Assembly (NCBI GenBank): GCA_964016885.1
Contig: OZ024743.1
Coordinates: 38,750,001 to 38,814,000, forward strand
DNA length: 64,000 nt
DNA from: Eledone cirrhosa
Taxonomy: Eukaryota
Reading direction: 5' to 3'
This document shows, one piece after another, positions 25,786 to 37,308 of the stretch. The position numbers were made by a program, and so were the translations under genes. The first letter of the stretch is position 1. Each line of letters starts with the position of its first letter. Under the pieces are notes generated by a model. It did no database searches and was not told where the DNA came from. It worked only from the letters and a program-made list of their open reading frames with translations.

Positions 25786-27023
25786 ATAACTAGAAATTGA
25801 TTAACATATATATAAACATGAATAATCACAGGAGATAATTGTTACAAGCATGTAACCACAAATAGCTAGGTAGGTAACAACATTTTGGATATATATATAT
25901 AATATATATGTATATAATATATATATATATATATTCAACCACGTGTCTATGGTATCAGAGCTGTGCTCTCTCAATTCTTAGAAATAGTGGCTGTGCTTTT
26001 AGTGACTGCCTGACGTCCGAACTACGCACTCTATCGAGTAACGTTACTCCGAAGCCCCTTCGGAGTAACTTGCTTTCGGCCGCTTGTATTCGTGATCATA
26101 TTCTTTCTGTAATTACCAGTGATTCCTGATCATAGGTAAGGTAAGGGTTGTAACGAATAGCGAATTGAAGTTAGCATTTCCAAAATGACCCATCACAATC
26201 TTAAATTATGTGAAAACAAATCTAATAAAAATATATATATGATGGAATTTTGCAGTTATTTCTTCGTGGATATTGCTGTTGTTTGAAATACATTATACCG
26301 AATGACATTCAATTTGAATTATTGATATATGCGTCGATCAGAAAGAGAAATATGTTTCCGCGTTTTTTATGAGTTCGAAGTTATTCTGTTAGGTATGAAA
26401 TATTGGTACTTATAATCCCATCATGAAAATCTCAGAGGAAATTAGGCACAGGTAACATAAATAAATGATTTGGGCGGCGGCATGACCGCGTGGCGTAGCA
26501 AATCTCTTTGGTACTATACCAATTCTCTTTACTCACACCATGAGAAGCCGCTTTTTGTTCGCGTTTGTCTTATGATGCAGTCGGTTGACCAATGCTAATG
26601 TGAATGAATGAGGTAGGTGAAATATTTTTCGGAAGGCTTTTATACACACTGAAACATGTACAGACATACTCACCCACACACATACACACACACACACACA
26701 AACACCCATATACACATACGTATACACGTACACACACACACAACCCCCCCCCCATATATATATATATATGCGTAATTATTTCATATATAAAAACAAGGTA
26801 GATCGATTGACAATCATTTCTACTTTGCTGTACCATAACCACTCAATGAAAGATATTAATCAGAGCAGATTCTTAATGTGTAATGATTCGGAGACATCTT
26901 TTTTAAAAATCTTGTAAATATATGACATAAAAGTGCAGAAAGGATATTACGTATATTGCATTAGTAAATCACAGCTGTTCCAAATATATACTAAGGTTGA
27001 TATATATATATATATATATATAT

Positions 27024-27732
27024 AACCGTAAACTGGAGAACTCTACAACGCTGGCCAATAAAATCTGGCAGCTTAAAATCACAAACCAGGAATATAGGAT
27101 TAGCTGGTCAAAATTATCGTATATATTTACAATATCGATTATAATTTAACACCTATCATCACACTTAATATTGATAAGCAAACACATTTCTAAATGAACA
27201 TATATCTGTTTACATATGTGAACTTTTCACTGACACCTCCAATACATTTACTTCCAGCCTGAGGACTGGTAGTAGCATATTAACACTTTTGTCACTAATA
27301 AAGCTATATAGGTCACGGAGGCCAAAACACCCCTATGTTCAGGGTATATACTGTTGTTATAGTTGGTGGAAAAAACAACCATACCCGACTGACCTGATTC
27401 CAGGACAATTCACCTAAGAAATTCAATAAACCTGATATTGGAATGGTGAAACTAAATATGTCTAATGGTAATTGTACTGATGCTTGTATTCATTCATTCT
27501 AAATCATATGCAACCAATGCATTGAAAAAACGACACCCTACGTCAGCTCTGAGCATAAACAAAAATAGAAAGAACAGAAGTAAACTTTATTCCTTCGTGT
27601 TTTGTGTGTATTTCTTTCTCTTCACATTCTAGCTGCCTGATGAGATCATAGCTATGGCATAATGGTTATCACGGATGTAACAGTGAATACGAATAAAGGA
27701 AGTGAATATTAACATGTTGATTTACACTTCTT

Positions 27733-27736
<4 letters not shown>
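27024..27736 (+). mobile_element. Decayed PLE 3' fragment
   Basis: NSTTLANKIWQLKITNQEYRISWSKL matches the GIY-YIG C-terminal part of the other copies. CTGATGA at ~27637 with a damaged 3' core. TA flanks. Confidence 0.7.
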
Positions 27737-27810
<74 letters not shown>

Positions 27811-27889
27811 AAGAAGTGTAAATCAACATGTTCTTGTCTTTATATATATATATATAAAGACAAGAAGTGTAAATATGTATATACAATAA

Positions 27890-28447
27890 GTAAGTTAATT
27901 TTCATAATTTTCTTCTTTTACGTCTTTTATATAATTGTTCTGCATCCCCTTGCATAGAACCACAACGTTACTAAGACAAAACATATATATTTGCTAGCCT
28001 AGGTATGCATCTGTATACATATGTTGGTAGATATACTAATTCTTTCTATTTATCTCCAAATTATTTGTTGAGCAAAACTTGCCGAAATTACTACTATGGT
28101 TCATGGTAGTAGTTAGGCTCTTGTCTTATTAGCACTCCACTCCTCACTGATTAACCTCAGTGTCATGTGATTGATTCTTTTGAATTTGGCACTGACCAAG
28201 TAGGCAGTGAATTTTTTCAATGTCCTGGAATTTAGTTCCCGCTCGCTTTTTTCCATCCACTGAATTATTTTCATATAAGTTCCCTGTGTCCACGCATGGC
28301 CTGGGAGCTTAGCTGAGAATAGACTCCCTGATGACTTAAGAATTCTCTGTGGGTGCGTTACGTAACCATATTTATTCCCTTACAGAAACTAATTAGTTGG
28401 AGTGAAATTTTAGTAAGTTAATTTTCATAATTTTCTTATTTTACGTC

Positions 28448-28452
<5 letters not shown>
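27890..28452 (+). mobile_element. Short non-coding PLE-like element with ~40-bp terminal direct repeat
   Basis: TAAGTTAATTTTCATAATTTTCTT.TTTTACGTCTTT at both ends. Hammerhead near the 3' end. (TA)n downstream. Confidence 0.7.
28323..28403 (+). ncRNA. Type-I hammerhead ribozyme with 50-nt stem II
   Basis: Stem I ACTCC/GGAGT. CTGATGA at 28328-28334, GAAA at 28385-28388. Palindromic stem III ACTAATTAGT, GUU triplet. The base of stem II is mismatched. Confidence 0.75.
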
Positions 28453-28511
<59 letters not shown>

Positions 28512-28585
28512 CTGAAGATAGCTAAGATGTTTCCATAGGCGGTATGCCGGTTGAGCACTCTATGCTCTTACAGAGCAGAGTATAA

Positions 28586-28737
28586 TATAATAGAAAACGA
28601 AAAATCAGTAATGCATCTGAACTCAATTTATTGTGTTGCAATTGTTTCGCCGCCGGACAGCTTGAGACGTGATCATTGTGTGGATCTGTTTGATTCTGGA
28701 CCCGCAGGTTCGAAGGACACGTCTAATGATTTCGGAG

Positions 28738-28813
<76 letters not shown>

Positions 28814-29214
28814 CGTGTGTGTATGTGTATGTGTGTGTGTGTGTGTGTGTGTGTTTCTGTGAGTGTGCACGTGGATGTGTAAACTACCAATGTATTTTCC
28901 GTATACAGACCCACGTGTTTGTCACATATTTCTCTTGTGTACTATCTCATATGCATACACGTTCCTTCTTTTTTTATAAATATTCTGCACACATTTTCTA
29001 TGTACGGTCTCCGCACACTATTTACTGTAACACCATTATGTGGCCTTGCCGGAAGATTCCATACGTGGATTGATCCATGTTCGCAATGTAACAACATCTC
29101 TGTAGACACATATAACTGGGCGCACCCTTTCATGTATAGCCCACTGTTTATCTCTATGTGCCTTATATGTGTATTTTTAGTATATTTCATAATTTTTAAT
29201 ACATATGTATATAC

Positions 29215-29268
<54 letters not shown>

Positions 29269-29272
29269 ATGT

Positions 29273-29318
<46 letters not shown>

Positions 29319-30275
29319 ATTTTCTATGTATGTACATGTTTATAACAAGATGCATCCTTTCATGTATGACTCATTGTGTATCTTTATATGACTTTGTGTG
29401 TATATTCTTTTTATGTATACACATATATATATATATATATTTTATGCCAGCGTGGGTGTGTATGTGAATATGCGCATAATTGTAGGAGTGTATATGAGCC
29501 AGTATGTGTGTGTGTACAATCACCCCTGTAGGGAAAGGGCTTGTTTGTGTATATATATATATATATATGTGCGTGTGCGTTTGTGTGTATCTGTACGTGT
29601 ATATATGTATATGGGTACTTGCGTGTATATGTGTGTGCGTGGATGGAGAGTAGGGTCTATGTATGTGTATGTACGTGTTTGTGTGTACAGGTATATATGC
29701 GCGTATGCATGTGTATGCACACCTGTGTGTGTGTATGGTGATGTATATAGGCATGTGGGCATGTGTCTGGGTATGTACGTGCCTCTCTCGATACATGTAT
29801 GCGTATGTTTATACGTTTATAGGTTCTCCTTAAGTGTGTCTGTACAGCGGGAGTCTATGCGTGCGACTGTCGCTATCTATGTGATTATGTGTGTGTGTGT
29901 CTGTGTGTGCGCACGTGGATGTGTAAACTACCAAACACAGCAGTAATTTATTGAAGTGTAGCAGACATGGGACAGACAATGCCCTGATGGTCAGCAGAAT
30001 AATACCTGTTGCCAGATTTATGATGACGTAGACAGCCAGCGGCAAATCGAAGAACACGCGAAGATGATGAAGTTTGTGATGGTACTAGCCCAGAGGGTCA
30101 GATACCCCAATGAGAGAATATGCTCCGAAATCATTATACGTGTCCGTCGAACCTGCGGATCCAGAATCAAACAGATCCATACAATCATCGCGCCTCGATC
30201 TGGCCGCTGGCACAACAATTGTAACACACAATAAATTGAGTTCAGATGCGTCACTGATTTTTCGTTTTCTATTAT
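28586..30275. mobile_element. ~1.7-kb element bounded by ~155-bp inverted repeats (28586-28740 and 30120-30275)
   Basis: ATAGAAAACGAAAAATCAG...TTTCGGAGCAT and its diverged reverse complement. The interior is microsatellite-rich and non-coding. Confidence 0.7.
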
Positions 30276-30309
30276 ATATATATACACATATATCTATGTG
30301 TATATATAT

Positions 30310-31108
30310 ATATGATAATAATGGAGCTGCGGCGTTGCAAATGGGTTACATATGAAAAAGTAAGTCCTTCGTCAGTGGCCTTCCAACCGTCCTAGGCATT
30401 TCATCACTTTAAAGGCCATACACCTCAGGTATATGGCCTTTAAAGGCACGCAAATAAAGGGGACACGCAAATAAAGGGGACGCTAGGGTTAACAAACAAA
30501 ATGTTTAAGCAACAGAAAGTGAGAAGAAAGAGACAAGTCCCAGATTTCTATGAATATAAACTCGGTGAAATCGTGAACGAGAGACTAAAGACCATCAAAC
30601 CTGGTTGAAATGTGAGCAAGGAAGGAATTTCGCACAGGTCTAACGGGAGGAAGAAGGGGTCTGGTCTGCGAATTCGGTAAACATAAGTTCTGTGAAGTCG
30701 CAGACGAGAGAGAGAGAGAGAAACAAATTCATACCGGCTTGGCCAAGAGGGCGCGAGAAAAGAATTCGGGCAGGTCAAACGGGAAGAAAGAGGAGGAGGA
30801 GGAGAGGTAGTAACAGAGAATGAGTGAGTGAAAGTTGAGGAAGAGGCTAACAGAGAGAGAGAGAGACTGCTAGAAAGGGTAAAGATACAAAGAACGAAAT
30901 AGACGGGTGGCATCAGAGGAAAAAATATATGTGTAAATATGATAATAATGGAGCTGCGGCGTTGCAAATGGGATACATATGAAAAAGTAACTCCTTCGTC
31001 AGTGGCCTTCCAACCGTCCTAGTCATTTCATCACTTTAAAGGCCATATACCTCAGGTTGGTGCGAACAACGGCTAAAAAAAGTCGTTGGGACACGCAAAT
31101 AAAGGGGG
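30310..31108. repeat. ~120-165-bp direct repeats (30310-30480 and 30938-31108) around a purine-rich spacer
   Basis: TATGATAATAATGGAGCTGCGGCGTTGCAAATGGG...CCTCAGG occurs twice. Probably a pLTR-like element. Confidence 0.75.
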
Positions 31109-31128
31109 ATTCATTTATTTATTCACGC

Positions 31129-31214
<86 letters not shown>

Positions 31215-31799
31215 CAAATATACAACTGACCCAAAAGAAAAATATAATCAATGTAATATATGAAGGCAATTGCACAAGCATTGGAATTTAGTAAAGATTT
31301 AAAAGTATGTTTTCATATGATGATGTAAATAGATCGCATAATATGGTATATAATTACTACAGAAACAATAACATTTTAAAGATGAATTATATTTTGTATT
31401 AATACTCATGTAGAGAAATTAGTCTCGCTATATGCATGTCACTCGGAACCTCAATGAAAAGTATTTCTTTTAAAAAGGTTCTCATCGGCCAATAACACAA
31501 TTCATCAATAATACAGCCACTACCACAACAACCACAACCACCGCTATCAGGAAGACTTAAGTTTTAGGATGTTTGACTTACGTCGACAAAACCGTAGGTT
31601 CTATTTTTTTTGTCCTGGTGTTGGTTTGCCATTGAGTATGAACATTACTCCCAGGTTGCTTTCCATGATATGACTGTGGGCTACTCTCATTAAAACACCT
31701 CATACAATGCCGTATATCATAGTAGGTGAGATAAACCTATATAGAAGGAACATGATTTTGTATGGCATAATTCGGATTATTTTTAGTAGTCTCAAGAGT

Positions 31800-31990
31800 T
31801 GGTGGATTGGCAGGATCGGTAGAGGGTCTGGCGCAATGCTTTGCAGCAAAGTGTTACGGCCCTTTATGATCTGAGTTCAAATCGCACCGAGGTTAACTTT
31901 GCAATTCATCCTTACAGGGTCGATAAAATAAAGTATCAGTAATACACTGGGATAGTTTCTGGTCTTGTGCCAAAAGTAGAAACAATTATT
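31800..31990 (+). mobile_element. tRNA-derived SINE
   Basis: Consensus match with imperfect TSD TAGTA(G/T)TCTCA. Confidence 0.92.
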
Positions 31991-33003
31991 AGTATTCTCA
32001 TGCATTCTTCTCTCATTTCCTCAAAAGGCTGTCCTGAAACTACTGTCCGTACATATAAGCACCTTTGAAATAATTATAAAATATATGATTTAAAAAAACA
32101 AACAGTTAATATAATCAAGGGATGTTCATCTAAAATGTAATTGATAGCTTTGGGTCAATAACTGTCACGTCCAAAATTAATTACACTCTGCATATCAAAT
32201 ATATTTGACCCGTACATGCCTCCTCTGTTTATTGCAAATTGAATTAATAGCATACACAAGTTTGAATAATTTACCCAAGATATACATGAAAACAAAATAC
32301 CCCCCCCCCCCCCCAAAAAAAAAAACAACAACAAATAAAACGAATGTAAAGGTAATGAAATTACTGCGAGAATAAGAAACAGGCAGTGAGTTACATGATT
32401 CGTTAATACATACAAACACCATTAATGGTTGCTATTTAGAATTGGAAGAAGTGAAAAATATATTATTAGTCAAATCTCATACTCTTTACCGTTAGTTTAA
32501 TATTCTTAATCAATATTGTCATATTTTTTGTTTATAATTACATTATCTTTCAATAATGTTGTTAACTACTTTTAATTATTTTGCCTTAAAGTCACTTCAT
32601 TCTGGAAGCTGTTAAGCAAATTCTGTTGAAAATTCGAGGGAAACTAGCATGTGATAAGCTACTTCACTGCCTACATTTTCTGTATTAAGTGCACTGAATA
32701 CTAATACGAATTGCAGAAATTTAATTATATTTTTCAACGATCATATCTGTAAAAACTGATTCAAGCTATTCATGTATTTCCTTCTATCGTTGTCACATTA
32801 AAAATATTGATGTGTGAGTTTCTTTTAGTATGTGTGTGTGATTGTTTTTAGTTTTATTTAAATGTAACATTATTGTTTATTTAGTATTTTGCTTGCGTTG
32901 GATTTCGGTATCGAGGTTACAACCTGGTTATTCAATATGAGGTGTTTTAGAAGCTCTCATAGTTTTGTTATTAACTAAGCCGAACGGAAAATAATAAAAG
33001 TAA

Positions 33004-33180
33004 AATAATTGTTTCTACTTTAGGCACAAGGCCAGCAATTACCCAGTGCATTACTGGCACTTTATTTTATCGACCCCGTAAGGATGAAAGGCAAAGTCAA
33101 CCTCGGCGGGATTTGAACTCAGATCGTAAAGGGACGTAACTATGCTGGAAAGCATGGCGTCCGACCCTCTACCGATACTA
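33004..33180 (-). mobile_element. tRNA-derived SINE, slightly 5'-truncated, 18-bp TSD
   Basis: TAATAAAAGTAAAATAAT on both sides. Confidence 0.95.
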
Positions 33181-33267
33181 ATAAAAGTAAAATAATAATG
33201 TGACAATATGGATATAAAACATGAAATAATTAAACATGCGCGAAGCAACATACATGGTGCAACTATA

Positions 33268-33331
<64 letters not shown>

Positions 33332-34159
33332 TATAGTTGCACCATGTATATATATATATATATATATATATAAAGAAGAGTGACACGGTTTGCTATACAA
33401 AAAAGGTTTTTAACAACATTGCTGAAAATGGTTTCTCTGAACTCGTAGGTCTAGAGATCGCTACCCGCCTGTTTTCGCGTCAATCTCCACCAATACATAG
33501 TTGTAACCAGTGAATTCATCAGAGATAGCGAGTATGAAGGGAATACACAGGCATGGCTTCTATATATAGTAATGGCATTCAATCAGAACAATAACAACAC
33601 TATTAGCAATGCTAGCAATACATTATTTGAAATAATCACATCAATCTAAGTAAGACATAGAGTGTACTTACGACTTTAGCATGTAAAACGAGCTGATATG
33701 AGGCAGATGTATGGAATTGACATGTAAAAGCTGTCATGGGTTGTATTATATATAGTGTAGAGATAAGCCGGGGCTTTAAACAATGTACCATTTCCTTTAC
33801 CGTAGATCTGTTGACCGTAAGAATTATTTATTATCTGACAGATAAAATATGTATCATTGTAGTGAGGATAGTAATTTTTGTGGTGTGAAGTGGATTCAAT
33901 ATTTATGTGGTCTATATCAGATGAAGGGATTGTTAGTTAGAATCATGGGGTTGTTTAGCTTTCACATCATCAATAACATACATGTATAAGATAACATTAA
34001 CAGGGTAGCAATACAATAGGTAAGTTAATACAGAGGTTAAGGAGGCAATATATATATATATCGAGAGAGAAAACATGCTGACTACAATTATAACAACAGG
34101 AGGAAGGTGATGTTTTACTGTGGTAGTATTCTGAAAATGTACTTGGATTTAGGTTCATC

Positions 34160-35871
34160 TGGGCCGTATCAGTGATGTTAACCCCCAACACACTATATCA
34201 GACATAACGTTTGGCGCCCCTGATGTCTTAGTGGCAATAAACGAAATTAAACACAATTCAGCTGTAGGCCCTGACAGGTTCCCTGCTTGTGTCCTGAAGG
34301 TGTGTCGACACCAACTTGCACCTCCTCTTGCTAATCTGTGAAGTAACTCATTGGACACTGGCTATATTCCTGAAAACTTTCTGTCACAGTCTTCAAAAAG
34401 GGAAATAAGTCTCCTGCAGTGAACTACCGTCCAATCTCACTCACCTCTCATATCATCAAGGTATTTGAGAGGGTGGTGAGATCACGAATAACCCACTTTC
34501 TTGAAAGCAACGGCCTGCTGAACTCCAACCAACATGGGTCCCGAAAGGGAAAGGAGTGCCTAACGCAGCTCCTGCATCACTTAAACAATGTTATGAGAGC
34601 CTTGGGAGAGGGCTCCAATACTGATGTCATCTACATTGACTTCAGTAAGGTCTTCGACAGGGTTGATCATTAGATTCTACTGAGAAAACTATCCAATGCT
34701 GGTGTCTCTGAAAGGTTACTACAATGGATCACTGTTTCCTGACAGGCAGAACCCAGCATGTTGCAGTCTAAGGAGTAAAATCAAGCCCTGCCAAAGTCAG
34801 CAGTGGCTTTCCACAAGGCACTGTGTTGGGCCCATTTCATTTCATCATCTACATTAAAGACATTACTGACATCATCAAGCACAGTAACATCAGAATCTTC
34901 GCAGATGATTCCAAGCTCCAAAGGGTCATCAATGAGGTGGGTGACCGGACTTGCCTTCAGTCAGACCTACTGGCTGTTATCCAATGGGCATACATGAATA
35001 ATATTCTGTTGAATGAGGATAAATTTGAATTAATCCACTTTGGAAAAAAGGATGCCCTGAAACTATCATAATCTCTTCCTTCGGGTGAAACTATACTGGC
35101 ATCCAATAACATCAGAGACCTTGGAGTAATTGTGGACCAGAACATAAGCTATGCCACTCATATAAACAGCAAAGTTGATATGGCCCACATAATGTGTTCC
35201 TGGATTCTTAGAACTTTGGAGTCAAGAGATATCCATACTGTTATCCTTCTCTTCTCCACTTTTGCCCGACCTCACCTTGAATACTGTTGTCCACTGTGGT
35301 CACCCCACACGAAAGAAAGTATTAGGAAAGTTGAAGTACTCCAAATGTCAATTACAAAAAAAGATAGATGGCATGACAGGCCTTGGCTATTGGAGTCGAT
35401 TAGAAAAGCTCAAACTTTATTCTCTCCAACGTCGCCGTAGCGCTACATTATTTGTATGATGTGGAAAACATTCCATCAGCTTTGCCCAAATGATGGTGGC
35501 ATCACATTTAGTGTACACCCAATACTTGGCACCGTACTATCCGCCCACGACAAAAATCTCACTCGCATCACATAACAACAATTTGGCACAATTATTTCAC
35601 CTCAATTGGCCCTGCACTCTTTAACATTACACCAAGACACGTCAAAGCAGAGACAACCCCATGTAGTTCAAAAAGTCCTTGGATAAATTCCTTCAAGAAA
35701 TCCCGGATAAGCCTCCTATACACAGGATATGCCTCCGTAAACAATAACTCTATGCTCGAGTGGGTCATGGTGCACAAACACTGATTTTGTAAGACTTCTC
35801 CAGGTGGTGCTATTAAGTTAGACATGGCCTGGGAGAATACAGGCCGAAACCTATCAAAGTTATCAAAGTTA
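34160..35871 (+). mobile_element. 5'-truncated, decayed non-LTR retrotransposon (CR1/L2-group-like RT)
   Basis: NYRPISLTSHIIKVFERVV, YIDFSKVFDRVDH, FPQGTVLGP, IFADDSKL, RPHLEYCCPLWSPH and LYSLQRRR across frameshifts. 3' tandem TATCAAAGT x2. Confidence 0.93.
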
Positions 35872-36083
35872 TATATATATATACATATATATATATGTAT
35901 GAATGTATATACATCCACACTCACACACACACACACAAATATATATATTAGAAAGTGAGGTTCTTTTACAGAATGAAAAACAACCGAGTTGTCCTACACG
36001 AGTGAAGGTATAAAGAAAAAAAGATGAAATCGAAAATGCAACTGGAGTCTTATTTAAAAAAAATATATATATTTATTTGGTTC

Positions 36084-36119
36084 CTTTACCGGTTTCGCAG
36101 GTCTTCTGTTTTTCAAAAG
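36084..36119 (-). ncRNA. Minimal type-I hammerhead, U3-A8 core variant, with a mismatch at the base of stem II
   Basis: CTT-TTGAAAA-ACAG AAGAC CTGC-GAAA-CCG-GTA-AAG. Confidence 0.6.
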
Positions 36120-37272
36120 TAGAGTTCAGATAGAGGGTCAATGGTTTTTCTCACATCTGGTTGGTCTTTGAATGTTACTTGTTTTATATGGAATAACGTG
36201 ACTCGAAACGTCAGGTTTTTAGAGAAGTAATTTGATTGGTTGTTCAATAAGTGCAATACATTTCGCGCCAGTTCGCGTTACAAAGTTCTTCAAACAAGGG
36301 TGGGAGGTGCTTAGGTTGTTTTTCATATATGAGTGTTTGAATTGCTTTTTCTTAAAAAAAGAGGCCCACGAAGGCTTTTTTTTAAAAAATGGAATCGGAT
36401 TGATTATAAATGAAATTATGGTAGTCAGGTGAACAAGTTCATTACATTTCTCGCTCGTATTTGGGAATTTATTTTGTAGCTTTTTACAGAATTTTATGAC
36501 AATAAAAAGTGGCTCTCGAAGGCTTTTTTAAAAAAAATGCAATTTGATTGGTTATAAATGAAATTATGACTGTCACGTGAACAAGTTCCGCGCCCGTATT
36601 ATTTATTTTGTAGCCATTTAGAGAATTTTATGACAAGCAAAATAATGGTGAATAGAAATGGGATGGGAGAATTGTTCTGGTTCGCTGGGGTGTCAGAGTA
36701 CAGATTTTCTATTGAAATAAAGAAAGTAGACATATGTATGTTTATTTGTGTGTTTGTGTGTGTGTGTGTGTGTGTATAGGAAGATGATTCTATTGGTAGA
36801 AATGGGGGAGGGAGTTGTGTGGGTGTGTGTATATGGGTGTTATGTGTGTGTGTGTGTGTGGGAGTACGTTAAGATGGAGAGAATATATATATTTCGTGTG
36901 CGTGTGTCTGTAGGAAAGTGATTCTATTAGTAGAAATAAGGAGGCAGTTGTGTGTGTGTTGGGGAGGGCGTTATGTGTGTATGTATGGGTGTTATGTGTG
37001 TGTGGGAGTATGGTTAGCATGTTAAAATTGAGAGTTTAGAGGAAATCTCTTTGAGTTCATTTAAGATGTCTTTGTTCATGGAGTTGTTGTTTTGTTGAGA
37101 CTTTGGTGTGATTTTCGGTCTTCGTGTGGTGGGTATGTATTAGAAAGTGTTTTTTTTACAAAATGAAAAATAACCGAAATGTCCTACACGAGTAAAAATA
37201 TAAAGAAAAAAGTTGAAATCGAAAATGCAACTGGAGTATTATTTAAAAAATACATATATATATATTTGGTTC

Positions 37273-37308
37273 CTTTACCGGTTTCGCAGTTCTTCTGCTT
37301 TTCAAAAG
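37273..37308 (-). ncRNA. Minimal type-I hammerhead, U3-A8 core variant
   Basis: CTT-TTGAAAA-GCAG AAGAA CTGC-GAAA-CCG-GTA-AAG, with palindromic stem III ACCGGT. Confidence 0.72.

Noticed and set aside
28511-28580. Possible hammerhead on either strand
   Set aside because: Needs an insertion in the core and a stem III mismatch on the minus strand. No fold on the plus strand.
30330-30410. CTGACGA on the minus strand of the direct repeat
   Set aside because: No GAAA and cleavage triplet in a valid type I, II or III arrangement.
33458-33530. SECIS-like or hammerhead-like hairpin on the minus strand (ATGA...AA...GA)
   Set aside because: The G-A quartet register is off by one, there is no upstream UGA-containing ORF, and the hammerhead stems are inconsistent.
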